The position numbers and the translations under genes were made by a program. From Bdellovibrionota bacterium (lineage in GTDB: Bacteria; Bdellovibrionota; Bdellovibrionia; Bdellovibrionales; JAEYZS01): DNA of 64,000 bases. Below, piece after piece: positions 63,864 to 64,000 of this stretch. How positions within the stretch are numbered: position 1 is the stretch's first letter; every line of letters begins with the position of its first letter. A model generated the notes under the pieces. It was not told where the DNA came from and searched no databases. It was given only the letters and a program-made list of their open reading frames with translations. The stretch covers positions 76,005-140,004 of the forward strand of contig JAZKEU010000013.1 in NCBI GenBank assembly GCA_040386775.1, read 5' to 3'.

Positions 63864-64000
63864 ATGTCAAATCCATTCATCAATAGAGAAGTCGGTCCTT
63901 TCAACTCAATCCCATTTGATAAAATTCAAATCGAACACTTTATTCCTGCTCTAAAGAAAGGAATCGAAGAGGGTCATATAAATCTTAAAAAAATTAAAGA
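63864..64000 (+). CDS. M3-family oligopeptidase/dipeptidyl carboxypeptidase-like protein, N-terminus only (continues past the window)
   Basis: My translation from the ATG at 63864 gives MSNPFINREVGPFNSIPFDKIQIEHFIPALKKGIEEG... The PFD.I..EHF.PA pattern is typical of Dcp/PrlC N-termini. The frame is open to the window end. Confidence 0.45.
   Translation, partial: MSNPFINREVGPFNSIPFDKIQIEHFIPALKKGIEEGHINLKKIK

Noticed and set aside
1-64000. Search for rRNA, tRNA, CRISPR arrays and larger dispersed repeats
   Set aside because: - Intergenic space is too short almost everywhere.
- The longer spacers (7578..7753, 24606..24863, 36954..37264, 41904..42225, 46544..46878) show no tRNA-like T-arm consensus and no regularly spaced direct repeats.
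- A computational scan (tRNAscan-SE, Infernal/Rfam) would be needed to exclude small ncRNAs.

Overview
AT-rich, gene-dense chromosomal window with about 60 protein genes. I recognised no rRNA, tRNA, CRISPR array, transposase or integrase. The gene content points to a Bdellovibrio-like or Oligoflexia-type Gram-negative: many signal-peptide hydrolases, ornithine-lipid-type acyltransferases and an HNH-family N-terminal domain gene. That taxonomic guess is inference only.

Layout:
- 1-7.6 kb: minus-strand heme operon (hemY-like, hemE, hemL, fused hemC-hemD, hemA) with an OmpR-type response regulator and a sensor-less histidine kinase embedded in it.
- 7.7-11.7 kb: polyphosphate locus (ppk1 translationally coupled to a SixA-type phosphohistidine phosphatase, convergent ppx, bcp).
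- 11.8-20.9 kb: housekeeping and lipid genes, including an OlsB/OlsA-like aminolipid pair followed by an NMO flavoprotein and a hotdog protein.
- 21-24.6 kb: tandem S41 peptidase paralogs.
- 24.8-30.3 kb: DHS-like gene, MscS and typA.
- 30.4-38.4 kb: same-strand run of envelope and hydrolase genes (M64, TM2, NamZ-like, M14, PA14-like lipoprotein).
- 38.4-43 kb: secreted CX5R phosphatase, ettA, and a small accessory islet (RelBE, acidic small protein, HNH remnant).
- 56.8-63.9 kb: fadD and a periplasmic redox cluster (DsbD, thioredoxin-like protein, ABC exporter, signal-peptide Bcp).

Most unusual:
- 46.9-51.5 kb: a three-gene minus-strand operon. It encodes a MotB-like protein (conserved TM Asp, ~300-residue coiled coil, OmpA-like domain), a TolQ/ExbB/MotA-like 3-TM protein, and an FHA-coiled-coil-TM protein. 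No flagellar, Tol, TonB or Zorya partner genes are nearby.
- 46.54-46.88 kb: the adjacent long convergent spacer holds an unannotated 33-codon hydrophobic ORF. It has a perfect AGGAGG Shine-Dalgarno that can be sequestered in a hairpin, which resembles a type I toxin.
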